Positions 13,236 to 27,057 are shown, counted from the stretch's first letter. The stretch: DNA of 53,894 bases from Octopus bimaculoides (GCF_001194135.2 NC_068986.1:36869368-36923261); one strand, 5' to 3'. Translations and numbers: made by a program. Notes: a model not told the origin generated them from the letters alone.

Positions 13236-14379
13236 TAAATAATTCTGTGTAAATGTATGTGTGTATTATATATATATCATTTGATTCGTTTACGGGAAAC
13301 GTTTTTGAATATGACTATAAAAGCTTCTATTTTATTATGCTGACTACACCCTAATGATACCAACTGGCAATAGAATTTTTGTGGGGGTTGAACTGAGCTT
13401 ATGCCGATATAATGTAGGATAAATAAATAAATAAATATATGAAGTAGTTGTATGCTGTCAACTTAATGTGACAGTCCCCTGAAGGGAATAATACTACTGT
13501 TGGTTAGACCTAGCAAGCTGCACCGCTGTGTCCTTATGTTTACAAGGGGGAGACAAGCATCTCCACCAAGCTAATCCTGCATCCAGTGACATGTTTCTGA
13601 GTTTTTGCTCGTCATTAGTGATGGTAGGGATTTCGTCACAAATATTTGAAAAAATGGATAAATTCGAAAAATAGTTAATAAATATGAAAATGGCGTATAT
13701 AATCAAGATGGAGTATTTCAAGGGAAGTAACTGATTTGGCCTAACTATAGCAACTGAAAAATTATAATTATACAATATTTAACTCTGGTACTTATCAGCA
13801 AATGAGAAAATGCTATTCTAGGTGTATATTATCGGTTCCGTTGTTGTAAAGCTAAGGGTTCAACAAGAAAGCAATGAGACAAAATATGAAAGTAAATAAT
13901 TTTGTAGAGACAAATAGAGGTAGAAATGTATATACAAGCATTAATTACGAACGAGAAATAATGTAGGAATACCCTGTGTAGTATGAAGTTACACACAAAT
14001 ATATATGATCAAAAATATTTAGAAATAAATGACAATTACTATACATATGTGTAAGATTACTAATTTCAGTATATGGTGAAACAAATTAAAGCGTATACTA
14101 CAAGAAAACAGACAAATGTGGGAAAGAAAGAAAAGGGCTGGGTAGATTGTCAAGAATGTACACGAGGTAAACACATTCATAAACACACATGCATACACAT
14201 CTTTATCTACGTTTATAAGAAAAGACATATGAAAAGACATACATTCGCTAACTATATAAATATCAACACCGGTGTATATTTGTAAATACACATACTTGTA
14301 CAACTCCTACGGAAAAAAAAACTTACGAAGGGAAAAAAAAACGAACTTATATAAGCGCAGATAAACTTGGCTGATTAGT

Positions 14380-15100
<721 letters not shown>

Positions 15101-15307
15101 TCTAGTCTGCAACATTTTGGTTCTTTTTTTATGGTGTGATGTGATTCTAAATAGGACATCAATTTATGTCTACTTCAGTAGTTAACTAGCGCTATAGATC
15201 AAAAATGCGAAATTGCTCTTTTTTCGTATTCTACAATATGTTTTCATGGTAGTAATTTTGCATTTCAAAACATTTTATTCATTTAAAATTATTGAACTTA
15301 CAACAAG

Positions 15308-15321
15308 ATGGAAGCCAAGTG
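15308..15321 (+). CDS. Candidate short first coding exon (MEAK+TG)
   Basis: CAAGATGG Kozak-like context, ATG GAA GCC AAG TG, then consensus donor GTGAGT at 15322. No partner exon identified. Confidence 0.2.
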
Positions 15322-15540
15322 GTGAGTTGCTTGTGTAAACCCACAAGCTGACTTCCAACCGTTTTCACAAAATTTGTCAAAGAGAGGAAACCTGTGAGCA
15401 TAAATGACACCAAGACAGTGGGATGCAGATTAAATGGAAGACGATAGCTGTAGCCTAATAGGGAAATAAAGCAAAAGGGAACAGGTTCGGTGAACAGGTC
15501 ATTAAAGGTGCACTAAACTCTTTCTATGTCTTCGTATTTG

Positions 15541-15541
<1 letters not shown>

Positions 15542-15629
<88 letters not shown>
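15542..15629. repeat. (CA)n microsatellite
   Basis: Perfect dinucleotide run. Confidence 0.98.
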
Positions 15630-15631
<2 letters not shown>

Positions 15632-16129
15632 TGAGATTAGGATGCTTTATGAAAAAATATTTTGGTTTATAATTGAAAGTTCTCCATCTTACTCAAGTTT
15701 TAGGTACTGGTTTCCAATTTTCTTTTTTGCATATTTACAGTCAAACCCTTTTGTAATGGTTTCTTGAAATGCATTTGAAATACAGAATTTTAATAAAGAA
15801 CGAATTTTTGTTTTTTATGTTCATTTGATCACTGCATCTGAGCGAACACTCGGATAACAAAACATCTGTGTGCATAAATGATATAGTTTTGGGTAGAGTA
15901 GCTGGTGTCTATAAGTTCAGTTATCTTCTGTTGATGAAATTTTCAAACGGGTCATATCAATTTTATTTTCAATGCTATAAATTTTTAAGAAAAGTTCTCT
16001 CGAGGCACGTTAGCGACCTCTGATTTTAGTTGTTCCTGATAAAGAATTTGGAACTAAAATCTCGGAGCTATATTTTAGATAATCGCTTTGTTACTTGGTG
16101 TTGTTTAAGAGGAACGGCTATTGAGAGAA

Positions 16130-16780
16130 TAAAACACACTAAAAGTCTGGCATGGGTAACCACAACTCATTGGAGAGTACGACAGACCACAAATATGCAT
16201 CTTCTACATAAATTATATTATGAATTGAAAATTAATGTAGGTTATGCAAAACTTGAACCAAAGACATTAGCGAGATCATTGCCAGCTGTAACAGAATGTC
16301 ATATAGATACTTCACAAAACGCTTAATTAGTAACCAGGGCAACCCTAGAAAAGAACTAGAAAGAATAAAATAGTAACAAATAAAGACGTACATATTCAAA
16401 TACAGGGAGCAAAATAATATTGGCGGAATCTAGGAAGTAAAAGTACCAATATGATTAGAATACAACCGACCTGATATTGTTTATTAGGACCATAGAATAT
16501 GCATTTGCTATCCCTGGAAGCTCACACTTGACATCAATGCGGTGAGAAAAGATACAGGGAAGAAAAAAAGACATCTGCTGACCATTGATGAGGAGTTTGC
16601 GAATCAAGAACTCAAATTGTAATTTCAGCTTTATTATTGTGACAGAATATGTACAGATTCGTCTGTATCAAATATGGCTCAACCTGCTTCATTGAGAAAG
16701 AACGTACTTGCATAAGCTACTGATGATCACACTATATAATAATCTACAAAATCATTAAAAAATCCTAAAAGATCTCACTA
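16130..16780 (+). mobile_element. R2/R4/NeSL-group non-LTR retrotransposon 3' relic (zinc knuckle plus restriction-like endonuclease)
   Basis: CRLCKT*TKDISEIIASC (CCHC knuckle, H lost), then RMSYRYF, YNRPDIVY*D (PD motif), LDIN, PLMRSLRI and FIIV, in the expected order with frameshifts. Confidence 0.7.
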
Positions 16781-16982
16781 AAAAATCTACAGGATCTTAG
16801 TAAAATTTAATGGGTGAATAGTTGTGCAATGATAAGGAAGAAAACAATAAACCAGTTTTAAATAAGATTTCCTTTTACAACCTTCCCTTCAAGCAGGTCA
16901 CCAGTCAGAATAAACACTGAAAGAGTTAAAAAAAGAAAGCATACGTACATCAATTCATAAATAAATACACACGCGCACGCAC

Positions 16983-16984
<2 letters not shown>

Positions 16985-17049
<65 letters not shown>

Positions 17050-17066
17050 GAGAGAGAGAGAACGTG

Positions 17067-17123
<57 letters not shown>
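16985..17123. repeat. (AG)n plus (GATA)n microsatellites
   Basis: Directly visible. Confidence 0.97.
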
Positions 17124-17124
<1 letters not shown>

Positions 17125-17538
17125 GTGTGTGTATATATTTATATATATATACGTGTTTATCTATTGATACATACATATATATGTATGTATAACCGTATTT
17201 GCATACACACACACAGACACACATCTACACACACTTTTACGAATGTAGGCAAGTAGGTATGCAGATGGTTACAGAATTAAATATGTAGGCAAGTATGTAA
17301 GTTAATAAATTTCTGTCGGTTGGTAGGTAGAGAGGTATTTTAGGAAGCAGTTAGAAAGACAGCGAAGAGCTTTTTAAACATATTGATTTCAGCATAAATC
17401 AATTTATAATTATACATTCGTTTAGCAGTAAAGTTATGCAATATTTTGATATTTGACTTGTATTCTCGCCATGTCTACTGAGGCATTTTTTATGTCAGTT
17501 GGAAATTTCATAAATCAACGTTAATGTATTTTTTTTTA

Positions 17539-17801
17539 TCTTTTACTTGTTTCAGTCATTAGACTGTGGCCATGCTGGAGTACCGCCTTGAAAAATTATT
17601 AGCTGAATGAATCGAATTCAGTACTTTTTGCTTTTTAAAGCCAGCCACTTATTCTATCCCACTCTGTTGTTGGAACGCTAAGTTACGGAAACGTAAACGC
17701 ACCAACACCAGTTGTTAAGTAATGGGGAAGGGATAAACACAAACATATACATACACACAAACACTCATGCAAACACACACACATATGTCTGTATATATTG
17801 G

Positions 17802-17844
<43 letters not shown>

Positions 17845-17977
17845 CTTTGCCTACGAAATCCACACACAAGGTTCGAGGCTATGGTAGAAGACATTTCGCA
17901 AGGCACCACGCAGTGATATTGAACCCGGAAACATGTGGTTGAAAAGCAAGCTTCTTACCACAGATCCTCGCCTGCGC
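17539..17977 (-). mobile_element. SINE family A, near full length, internal (GATA)n expansion
   Basis: Collinear with 33143-33575 from tail (TCTTTTACTTGTTTCAGTCA) to head (CTTACCACAG..CCTGCGC). Confidence 0.85.
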
Positions 17978-18180
17978 TGTGTAAGCAAACTTTAATTGCT
18001 TTGTAATTCTTCCTCGAGTTTATACTCGAAAACTATTGAGATGATGAGTACAAATATATATATAATACAAATTATATATGAGCATATGCATGTATACATA
18101 CATATATGTACATACCTACATCTACATATATATATAGATGCATATCCGGGTAAAGGACGTCGAAAAAGGAACGGGAACAA

Positions 18181-18183
<3 letters not shown>

Positions 18184-18251
<68 letters not shown>
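18184..18251. repeat. (AGT)n microsatellite
   Basis: Perfect trinucleotide run. Confidence 0.98.
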
Positions 18252-18278
18252 CGATAGCAGTATTTGTGATATAATATT

Positions 18279-18466
18279 GGATTTCAGAGGAGGGGGTAAG
18301 TCGATTACATCGACCCAGTGCTCAGCTGGTACTCATTTTATCGATTCCGAAAGGATGAAAGATAAATGTGACCTCGGCAGAATTTGAACTCAGAGCGTAA
18401 AGACAGACGAAATGCCGCTAAGCATTTCGCCCGTCGTGCTAACTATTCTGCCACCTCGCTGCCTTA
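18279..18466 (-). mobile_element. SINE family B
   Basis: CTGGTACTCATTTTATCGATTCCGAAAGGATGAAAG central domain and GAATTTGAACTCAGAGCGTAAAGACAGACGAAATGCCGCTAAGC head. Confidence 0.88.
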
Positions 18467-18511
18467 CGATGGCATAATATGAGCGATTATAAGATATAAG
18501 ACTGCCGATTG

Positions 18512-18650
18512 TGAGAATCGTTGGAACGTAAGCTACGTGCAATCATTACTGTTTTGTGTGCTATGCGAGTTCAAAATCCGTCGAGGTCAACATTGCATTT
18601 CATCCTTGGGGAGGTCGCTGAAAAACGTACCGGTCCTATATTAAGATCGA
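18512..18650 (+). mobile_element. SINE family B, decayed, head-to-head with the previous copy
   Basis: GAGTTCAAAATCCGTCGAGGTCAACATTGCATTTCATCCTT. Confidence 0.7.
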
Positions 18651-19339
18651 TTATTTTTTTCTCTCATTTTTTTCTTCTTGTCCAGTTTGTCTCTTATTCT
18701 CTCTTCTGAAAGCAATCGGCGGTGGTCAGAAATGGAATGGCACTGTCTCCGATAAAGCTAAAACATGTTCAAGACTTCCCGCGTGTCTCGCTGGTGCCCC
18801 TGGCCCAAGAATAGCAAAATAAAACAGTATTTGTGATAGAAAAGACGGCAATTTGACCAAACTGGCCGAATCGTCCGAGTATCGGACCTAATCCCTTCAA
18901 ATATCCAGCTACATCTCCTCATGTTTTGAGTTCAAAATTCCCCAGAGTCCAGCTGTACGTGTCATTCTTCTGGAATCGATAAAATTGAAGTGCCAGTCAA
19001 ATACTGCTTCTGATTTAACTGGCTGTACCTTGACTCGAGTGGTTTCGTCTTGTTTCAATCGTAGAAATCAATATTAGTATTTGAGAAACGGCAGACGATT
19101 AGTTTGCAATAATTCTGCTAGCAATAGTTATTATTACAGACGTGGTGGCAATCATCGTGATCGTTAAGTGTTGTAATAATATCGATAATGGCAATATAGT
19201 GTTTTTTAAAAGCTAACATTGTACTCACAGAACTCCAAATATTTGGGTGGTTACAACACTGAATAGTGTAATCATTGGATGCGGCTGTAACGGCTGTGGC
19301 TTCAGTATTCGATTTTTATTACTTCTACAGTTAATAATA

Positions 19340-19344
19340 GTCGT

Positions 19345-19385
<41 letters not shown>

Positions 19386-19527
19386 TAGTAGCAGCAGCAG
19401 CAGCATTAGTATTGGTGGTAGAGGTGAAAGTAGTGGTGGTTGTAGCGGTGGAAGTAGCCGTGGCCATGGTGGTGATGGTAGAGGTTGCAGTAGTGGTAGT
19501 TTTGGTATTAATAGTAATTAATGGTGT

Positions 19528-19583
<56 letters not shown>

Positions 19584-19716
19584 TTGATGGTAGAGGTGAA
19601 AGTAGTGGTGGTTGTAGCGGTGGAAGTAGTCGTGGCCGTGGTGGCGATGGTACAGGTTGCAGTGGTGATAATTTTGGTATTAATAGTAACAGTGATGGTG
19701 ACGGTGGTGGTGGTGT

Positions 19717-19766
<50 letters not shown>

Positions 19767-19930
19767 AAGAAGTTGGTAGCAGTGGTGATATTGGTGTTCG
19801 TGGTAGTGTTAGTAGCAGTAGTAATGGTGCTAGCGGTAGAAGCAGCAGCACTACCACCACTTACTAGTTGTATTAGTAGTAATAATCGCTGTTGTTGTTT
19901 TTGACGAAGTGGTAGTAGTCGTCGTAGTAG
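19340..19930. repeat. (GTA/GGT/GCA)n low-complexity tract with a 172-bp-period tandem duplication
   Basis: Units starting GTATTG.TGGTAGAGGTGAAAGTAGTGGTGGTTGTAGCGGTGGAAG at 19409 and 19581. Confidence 0.9.
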
Positions 19931-20351
19931 CTGTAGTAGAAGTATAAAGGCTCAATTCTATTTAATAATTATGATCCTTTAAGGTCGAGAATATAATAAC
20001 ATTACTCAGATAGCATTACAGTACAAACATCAATTCCTTTTGACTTGTTGTAAAGTTTATAATATAACAATGCGCTGTGTCGTGAACATTTTATTTGCAT
20101 TTGTGTGCGTGCGCGCGCGTGTGTGTTTCTTTTTTGTTGTCAATTCTATGAGTTGTATGTTAAGTAAAATAAAATAAAATGTTTTCGACCGGAAATTGAA
20201 TCCTGATCGAGCATTCAAATTTGCTAGGTGCTGACTTCTTTATTAACAGCGTTCGCTTAATAACGTATAATGGAACATCTTTATTGAGCTACCGATGACT
20301 TCTTGGAGTAAGAAAGGACAACCATTTTGTTTTCAAAACCCAAGACGAATC

Positions 20352-20416
<65 letters not shown>

Positions 20417-20440
20417 TATCATTATCATCATCCATCATCC
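20352..20440. repeat. (GTA)n plus (ATC)n microsatellite
   Basis: Directly visible. Confidence 0.97.
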
Positions 20441-21351
20441 TCTTTGGGCTTGATTAGCCCCGGATCAGTTTTGACCACCCCACCTTTCACGACTACACTG
20501 TGTAATTTATCTGTTGTAAAAATACAAAGGATAAAGCAAGAATGATTTGAGCGGTGATTTGGTTGATATATCTAACAAGTCGAATAAACGTGAAAGGGCT
20601 TTTTCGTTGGCTTCTGAAGAGGCACTTTCATGCGAGATGGAGATGCGAGATGGCTTTCATTATTACAAACATAAAATGTGTTTTTGAGTTTAGTGAGAAT
20701 AATGTTGCTTGGCAGTCTAAAGTAAAATCATTTTTGTTTTTTTTTTTAATGTTCTTTGTTTTTTTTAACGAGAGAGGCTTTTAAGAGAGAGCATAACAAA
20801 AGATTTGCTACTTGTCACAAAAAAAGAAAATAGATAGAATTAATAGACAAAATGGAAGAACTCNNNNNNNNNNGAAATAAGACAATTTTTTACATGAAAT
20901 AAATTCGAATACAAAAATATTTTTCTGTTCTATAACACAAAATAGATAAGTATACGAAGTTTGAAAGTCTTTCCGTACCAAAAACACTACGTAAAACATT
21001 AATGAAAAATGTGGCCCCCGTTTTAAAAAAGATCCGAGATTAATGTTTTGTGCAAAAGAATTGTGACAAAATCAAAAACGGTAAAAGAATGCAGAGACCT
21101 TCCCAGTGAAATATCAAAAATCGGCGGTGGGGGTATTAAATGAACAGGGATTAATTCAAAAGCAGGCTGTTCTGTTGTTCAGATCAACTGGAACCCTCGT
21201 TGTCTTAAGTGATTGGGTGCTAAGATTCAAGTTTACCAATTCTTCTTGCATCTCCCCACATAAAAAAAAACACAAAAAACTACTATCCACCTGCAGAATT
21301 CAAATATTATCTACCACATTCTCACTCCAATGTCCCTATTTATACATTATA

Positions 21352-22212
21352 CAGGGTGCGATGGATAAATTGTTGCCATTTTATATTTTTTGTTTTCGCG
21401 CATGTGCTTTGCTTTTGATTTTATCAACTACATAGTATAGTAGTGTCAATTGGGCACCGTCTCTGAGAAAAACAGCACTATGACACAATTCATTCTGCCA
21501 AAAATTTGGAAACATGCTTTACTGCTTGGCATTCGCGCTGGAAGCTACAATACGAACACTTCAGATTGTTTGAATGTCAATCTGAGAAAAACGCAATCTG
21601 AGGAAATGTACTGTGATAAAAATCAGACATCCAGTCAACATCATGGTATTTGGAATGATCTCTAGTGATGCCGACTTTATGACTCCATCATCCTCCCGCA
21701 CGGCCTCGGGTTCAACACGGAGGCCTACATCAAGTGACTGGAGGAGATGGTACTGCTCTAGATCAAGAGAGTGGCTGCTGGAAGACATTATGTCTGGCAA
21801 CAGAACACTGCATCAAGTCTCACAAGCAGAAGAACCCAGTATTGGCTGTCATAAATTTCTGCGACCACATCACTCCCAACATCTGGACACCTAACTTCCC
21901 AAATTATTATGTACGAAGCGCAGTTGAGCGGGGGACCAACAAAGCTCCTTGCAGCACCAAAGATGAACTGAAGGCATGGATTATGGCAGCATACATCATC
22001 GTAAACAAGGAGACAATCCAGAAGAGTTGCACGAGATTCCGAAGTTTTCTGGAGATCGTGGTTGAAGCCAATGGCGATTTTAGTGAATAAATTTACTCTT
22101 TAGTATTTCAAAATATTTTATGCAATTTCGGAAAACATATCTATTAAAATGAGATAGCAGTGTTATTTCTATTTTTATGCCATTTCGATGACAATACATT
22201 CACTGCACCCTG
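21352..22212 (+). mobile_element. maT/DD37D-type transposon, internally deleted, both ends present
   Basis: TA+CAGGGTGC left end and GCACCCTG right end. Fragments MTQFILPKIWKHALLLG, HPVNIMVFGMISS, NFCDHITPNIW and FLEIVVEANGDFSE*. Confidence 0.88.
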
Positions 22213-22756
22213 TGTATTTNNNNNNNNNNNNNNNNNNNNNNNNNNNNNNNNNNNNNNNNNNNNNNNNNNNNNNNNNNNNNNNNNNNNNNNNNNNNNNNNN
22301 NNNNNNNNNNNNNNNNNNNNNNNNNNNNNNNNNNNNNNNNNNNNNNNNNNNNNNNNNNNNNNNNNNNNNNNNNNNNNNNNNNNNNNNNNNNNNNNNNNNN
22401 NNNNNNNNNNNNNNNNNNNNNNNNNNNNNNNNNNNNNNNNNNNNNNNNNNNNNNNNNNNNNNNNNNNNNNNNNNNNNNNNNNNNNNNNNNNNNNNNNNNN
22501 NNNNNNNNNNNNNNNNNNNNNNNNNNNNNNNNNNNNNNNNNNNNNNNNNNNNNNNNNNNNNNNNNNNNNNNNNNNNNNNNNNNNNNNNNNNNNNNNNNNN
22601 NNNNNNNNNNNNNNNNNNNNNNNNNNNNNNNNNNNNNNNNNNNNNNNNNNNNNNNNNNNNNNNNNNNNNNNNNNNNNNNNNNNNNNNNNNNNNNNNNNNN
22701 NNNNNNNNNNNNNNNNNNNNNNNNNNNNNNNNNNNNNNNNNNNNNNNNNNNNNNNN

Positions 22757-22839
22757 CGACAACTGTCTTTTGCTATTGCCTGGGGTCAAGCAAAGGCTTG
22801 TGAGTGAATTTGGTAGATAGAAACTGAAAGAAGCCCGTC

Positions 22840-22898
<59 letters not shown>

Positions 22899-23130
22899 TT
22901 TGTGTATGTGTTAGTTTCCCACCGCTTGACAACTGGTGTTGGTATGTTTACGTCCCCGTACCATGAGTGGTTGGGCAAAATAGACCAATAGAGTGTCAGG
23001 ATTTACAAAACAAAAATAATAAGCACTGGAGTCGATTCATTCGACAAAATTTCTTCAGTTCTTCAAGGTGATGCCCCAACATAGCCACGGTCTAGTGACT
23101 GAAAGAAGAAAAAGAAAAAAGGGAAAAAAG
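22757..23130 (+). mobile_element. SINE family A (head lost in gap), internal (TG)n
   Basis: GAAACTGAAAGAAGCCCGTCG, CGCTTGACAACTGGTGTTGG and tail GTGACTGAAA..AAAAGA. Confidence 0.85.
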
Positions 23131-24206
23131 AATTTCGCTTCGAAAATATACTCTAAATAAGTCACAATATCTTCTATAGCTATGAGTACGAGCTCGATAG
23201 ACTTGATATCGCTAGCCACACCTCTCAATTACCGAAGTCAGTATAAACCTGTTAACAAAAATAATCGTAAACTCACTATTACTGGTGTAGTTGTGCAACA
23301 ACAATTGTTTGATACATATATAGATATATAGATATATATTTAACAAAATCCTAAGAGATGCTTGTTAGAAACCCAAAAGTTTCAATAATTAAATAAAACA
23401 CCGTTTTGATATGTTGACAGTTTTCGTTATTATTTACTTAGTAGTGGTTTATAGATATTTAAAATCTATATATCTAATATTGTATGTTATTTTATGAGAA
23501 GATGAATATTTTGACAGTTTGTTAAGGAAATATAAATGCAAAATAATTTTAAAATGCAACTTTCTGTAAAACTGTTAAATGTAAAAAACTTATATATCCA
23601 TGAAAAGTTTTTGGTTTATTCTTCCTAGCATCGAGCGTAGATGTGTGGTTTCCTCTCATTTAAAATTATTCGTTCACAAGCAATGCTCAAACGGTGAAGT
23701 AAATACAAAAAAGAATTCTGACGAAGAGAAGGTATTTTTGATTGATATTACTCATATAAATATACATATCTATATATTATCTCTGTGTAATCGTAAGCGC
23801 TGGATAATCAAGTGGAGAACTTTAGAAACGTCTTCAATAATTTATTTCAATTATAAGTTGGGCAATGATTCAGTAATAAGGCCCTCGCACAACCACTCCT
23901 AACTATGAAATATTAAAAACAAATCAGAGCTTTAGTTTATTATTGTTTCTTTATATTTATTTACATGTATGTATGCATGTACGTATGTGTGTATGTATGT
24001 AGGCATGTATGTAGGTTTAGTCTACATACATCTATCTGTGATCATCCCATATTTAATCCAGGTATTGTACATTTACTGTCACATCATCCAACGTATCATC
24101 GCCTTTTAAGATGGTAAGATGTGGTTTGAAGTACAATTAGATTCTAATTCAGACAGTTTGAAGTGCTGCACAAGGTTGCCTCATATGAAAGAATATATGA
24201 ATTTAT

Positions 24207-24261
<55 letters not shown>

Positions 24262-24503
24262 ATTAGTGGCCAGAATTGAGGACGGGTCCACACTTTTTGC
24301 TAATTGAATATATTCCTGTTTCTTGCTCATAATTATTTCCGTATTCATCTTCAACAGACACTTTATTCTTCACCAAACTGTTGGTTTAAACTTAATATTG
24401 GTTTTTGACTGAATATGGCGACTTATAGCTTTAAAGACACAAAAACATATTTATCAGCTTAAACCATAAAAGGCAAGATCGCTTTACAATATGGTAACTT
24501 CCA

Positions 24504-24805
24504 TTAGCATTCAGTTGGTTGACCTTCATGTTAAACAGTACATCAATTTTTCTTGGCATGAACGCGATAAGATTCTTCAAGTTCTTTGGTTTTAAGAATC
24601 TAAACCAGGCATTGAGGATTAGTTCAATTAACTGAATTATGTTGCTTGGATTGTAAGCCGATACCAGTCTTTTGAGTCTAGATCATAAATTTTGTATTGG
24701 GTTAAGTTCAAGTCTGTTTCTATGCTGTTGTAAAATGTTTATGGTCTTTCAACCATTTTATACTAGATATTATTGCATGACATGGGACACCGTTTTGCTG
24801 TAAGT
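24504..24805 (-). mobile_element. Tc1-type (DD34E-like) transposase C-terminal relic
   Basis: LQQNGVPCHAIISSIKWL (QQDGAPCH), NPIQNL*SRLKRLV (NPIENLW) and LIAFMP...GQPTEC* (GYPTKY). Confidence 0.78.
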
Positions 24806-25739
24806 TGTTTTATTTTAATCATGCGAAAACATGTCGCTAATTGAAAACAGTACTTTCGTTTCCAAAATATTGCTGGAATTTTCAGCATTTCTCATAACTC
24901 TCCATGTGTAATTACAGTAAGGCTAACACTTCTGTATACAAACACACAGCATTACACTGACAGGTTTCTTCCCTTGTGTGTTGTAATACGCTCAAGTACG
25001 AAATATATAGCTCGCGGCTGATGTATCAGAAGGATGCATGTTCGAATGATGTCGGGGGTTACTAATGACGCGTGGTTGTTTGATACTTGATTTGAGCTGA
25101 TCAATTATGATATGCTTCAGACGTTTGAGTCGCCGTTGTCGAAGTAGATGGCTTTATCATCATTGTTGTAGTGTATGTGCGGAATGCCGGTGGCTACGTG
25201 AATAATAATTGAAGTACACTCTCGAATATTTAACTTTGATATTTTTTACCCGGCATCATATTGTGTTGGCTTATTAAAATAAACATTATTAATAATTGCC
25301 GACTGAGAGGAAAGAAAAACTGCTCTGTGAATGTAGGAAGCTATCTGTGGGACATCGTGTGGCGTGTCCGAGTTCCTAAAGTAGTCTGAGTAAAAGTCCT
25401 AGGTCATCTGTAGCGCCAGTGGCCTGTCGAACGTTTGAGTCTTGAGTAGTCTGAGTGTCAACAGGTAAGGCGTATGAATCAGTCGGCTGGACTCAACATT
25501 CCTCAACGACTTAAATGCCAAACAGTTTTTTATAACGTAACAGAGGATAGATTCTAGAACATTCGAGAAAGCCACATTGACGCTGAATGTCTGATTTATA
25601 GATCAATCACGTAAAACCATGATGGTTTACTCGTGATACTTAACCAGGTTTCTAGAGGTTCAGGTTCAAATCCCTGCTAGAATTTCGATTCAAGTGCTCT
25701 TCAAAGCAGAAATCTTCCTCCCATAATTCATATATGACT

Positions 25740-25960
25740 TTGTGTAAAAATTCTACTGGCCATCTTTCTATCTTCTTGCTATGCTCTCTTCTCTGAAGGA
25801 CATTCAGATGTGATTTTTCCTTGGTATTCTTGATTTAACTCCTCCATCAAATACTCGGCACATTAAAGTTCTGCCCCTTAAACTGAGCCCAGTGACTTCT
25901 AACATTTTGTTGTATTAATTTTATGTCTTTTGATAAATTACAGTTAAATCAGCGTTTATA
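25740..25960 (-). mobile_element. Possible LINE RT C-terminal relic
   Basis: KDIKLIQQ and HLNVLQRRE weakly resemble CR1/L2 C-terminal motifs. Very decayed. Confidence 0.3.
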
Positions 25961-26671
25961 CTGCTCTTTTGCTTCATCTTCCTTTTTTTTTTCTTCTTCT
26001 TGTCCTTGTTTAATTGTTCATTTTCTAACATTCAATAAAACGTTGACAGATGCTCCTTACGTCCAATTTTGTCGCACTTTCTCCCAGATTTCTAGACAGT
26101 TTTTTTTAATTGTATACTTCTCAGATATTTAGAGCCCTTCTTCACTTAGGTATATTCAGTATTTCCTTGTACAGAAACCAAACGTGACAAATTATAAAAG
26201 TAATTACAAAACGAAAGCTAGTGATGTTTAATCGGCTAAAAAAATGATGTGATTGTGACTAATAAACAATTCATCATGAAAATGACGGTGATTGATTATC
26301 TAAAGAAGCGTGAGCTAGCCTCACCACTCATCAGCTGATCATAACTCAGTTCTGATTGGCTATTTGTGAATGGCCAGTAAAGAAATGCCAATTGACTCCC
26401 ATATAATTTCGTTTTTATATAGTCTGAGTTTGATAATTATCTGTTTTACTATAAACAAAATATCAATTTGAAAGCAACATATAACAAAATCGTTTGAAGA
26501 TGATTACATTGCTGTAGCCATCTTCAATCGATGATTATTGTTAATTATGAAAGGAAACAGGCATAAATTTGACAAGTAGCAACTATGTAGGAAAGTGTGT
26601 ATATGTGTGTATGCGTGAGTATGTATGTACGTATGTACGTATGTATGTATGTATGTATGTTTGTATGTATG

Positions 26672-26767
26672 TCATTATTCAGTTTTATTTCAAGATTTCT
26701 TGCCAAAAGCCGTTTTCTAGCCGAGATCGAAGGTTCTTTCATTGGAATTTCAACATCAACAACAGGG
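26672..26767 (-). mobile_element. About 96-bp non-microsatellite insert embedded in (TATG)n
   Basis: Complex sequence abutted by (TATG)n on both sides. Strand and family are uncertain. Confidence 0.45.
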
Positions 26768-27057
26768 TATGTATGTATGTATGTATGTATGTATGTATGT
26801 ATGTATTTGTATGTATATGTGCAGATTTGTATGTTTTGTTTTATGTATGTGTTCTCATGCATATAGTTACATATCTAGACATGCTCATATGTATATATAT
26901 ATATATAAATGATGAACTTCTGGGAAGTTTTACAGAATTTTACAGTTCCAGTCACGAACTGGATCTGTAGTCTTCGAATTAGCTTTCTCCTTTCTGGTTT
27001 TGAAAAGTCTAATTTCTCAAGATTGGTATTTAGGCAGTGTGTTACATATCTCAGTCT

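Noticed and set aside
23340-23420. CCTAAGAGATGC..GAAACCC, a possible second hammerhead relic
   Set aside because: Core boxes and helices are too degenerate to support.
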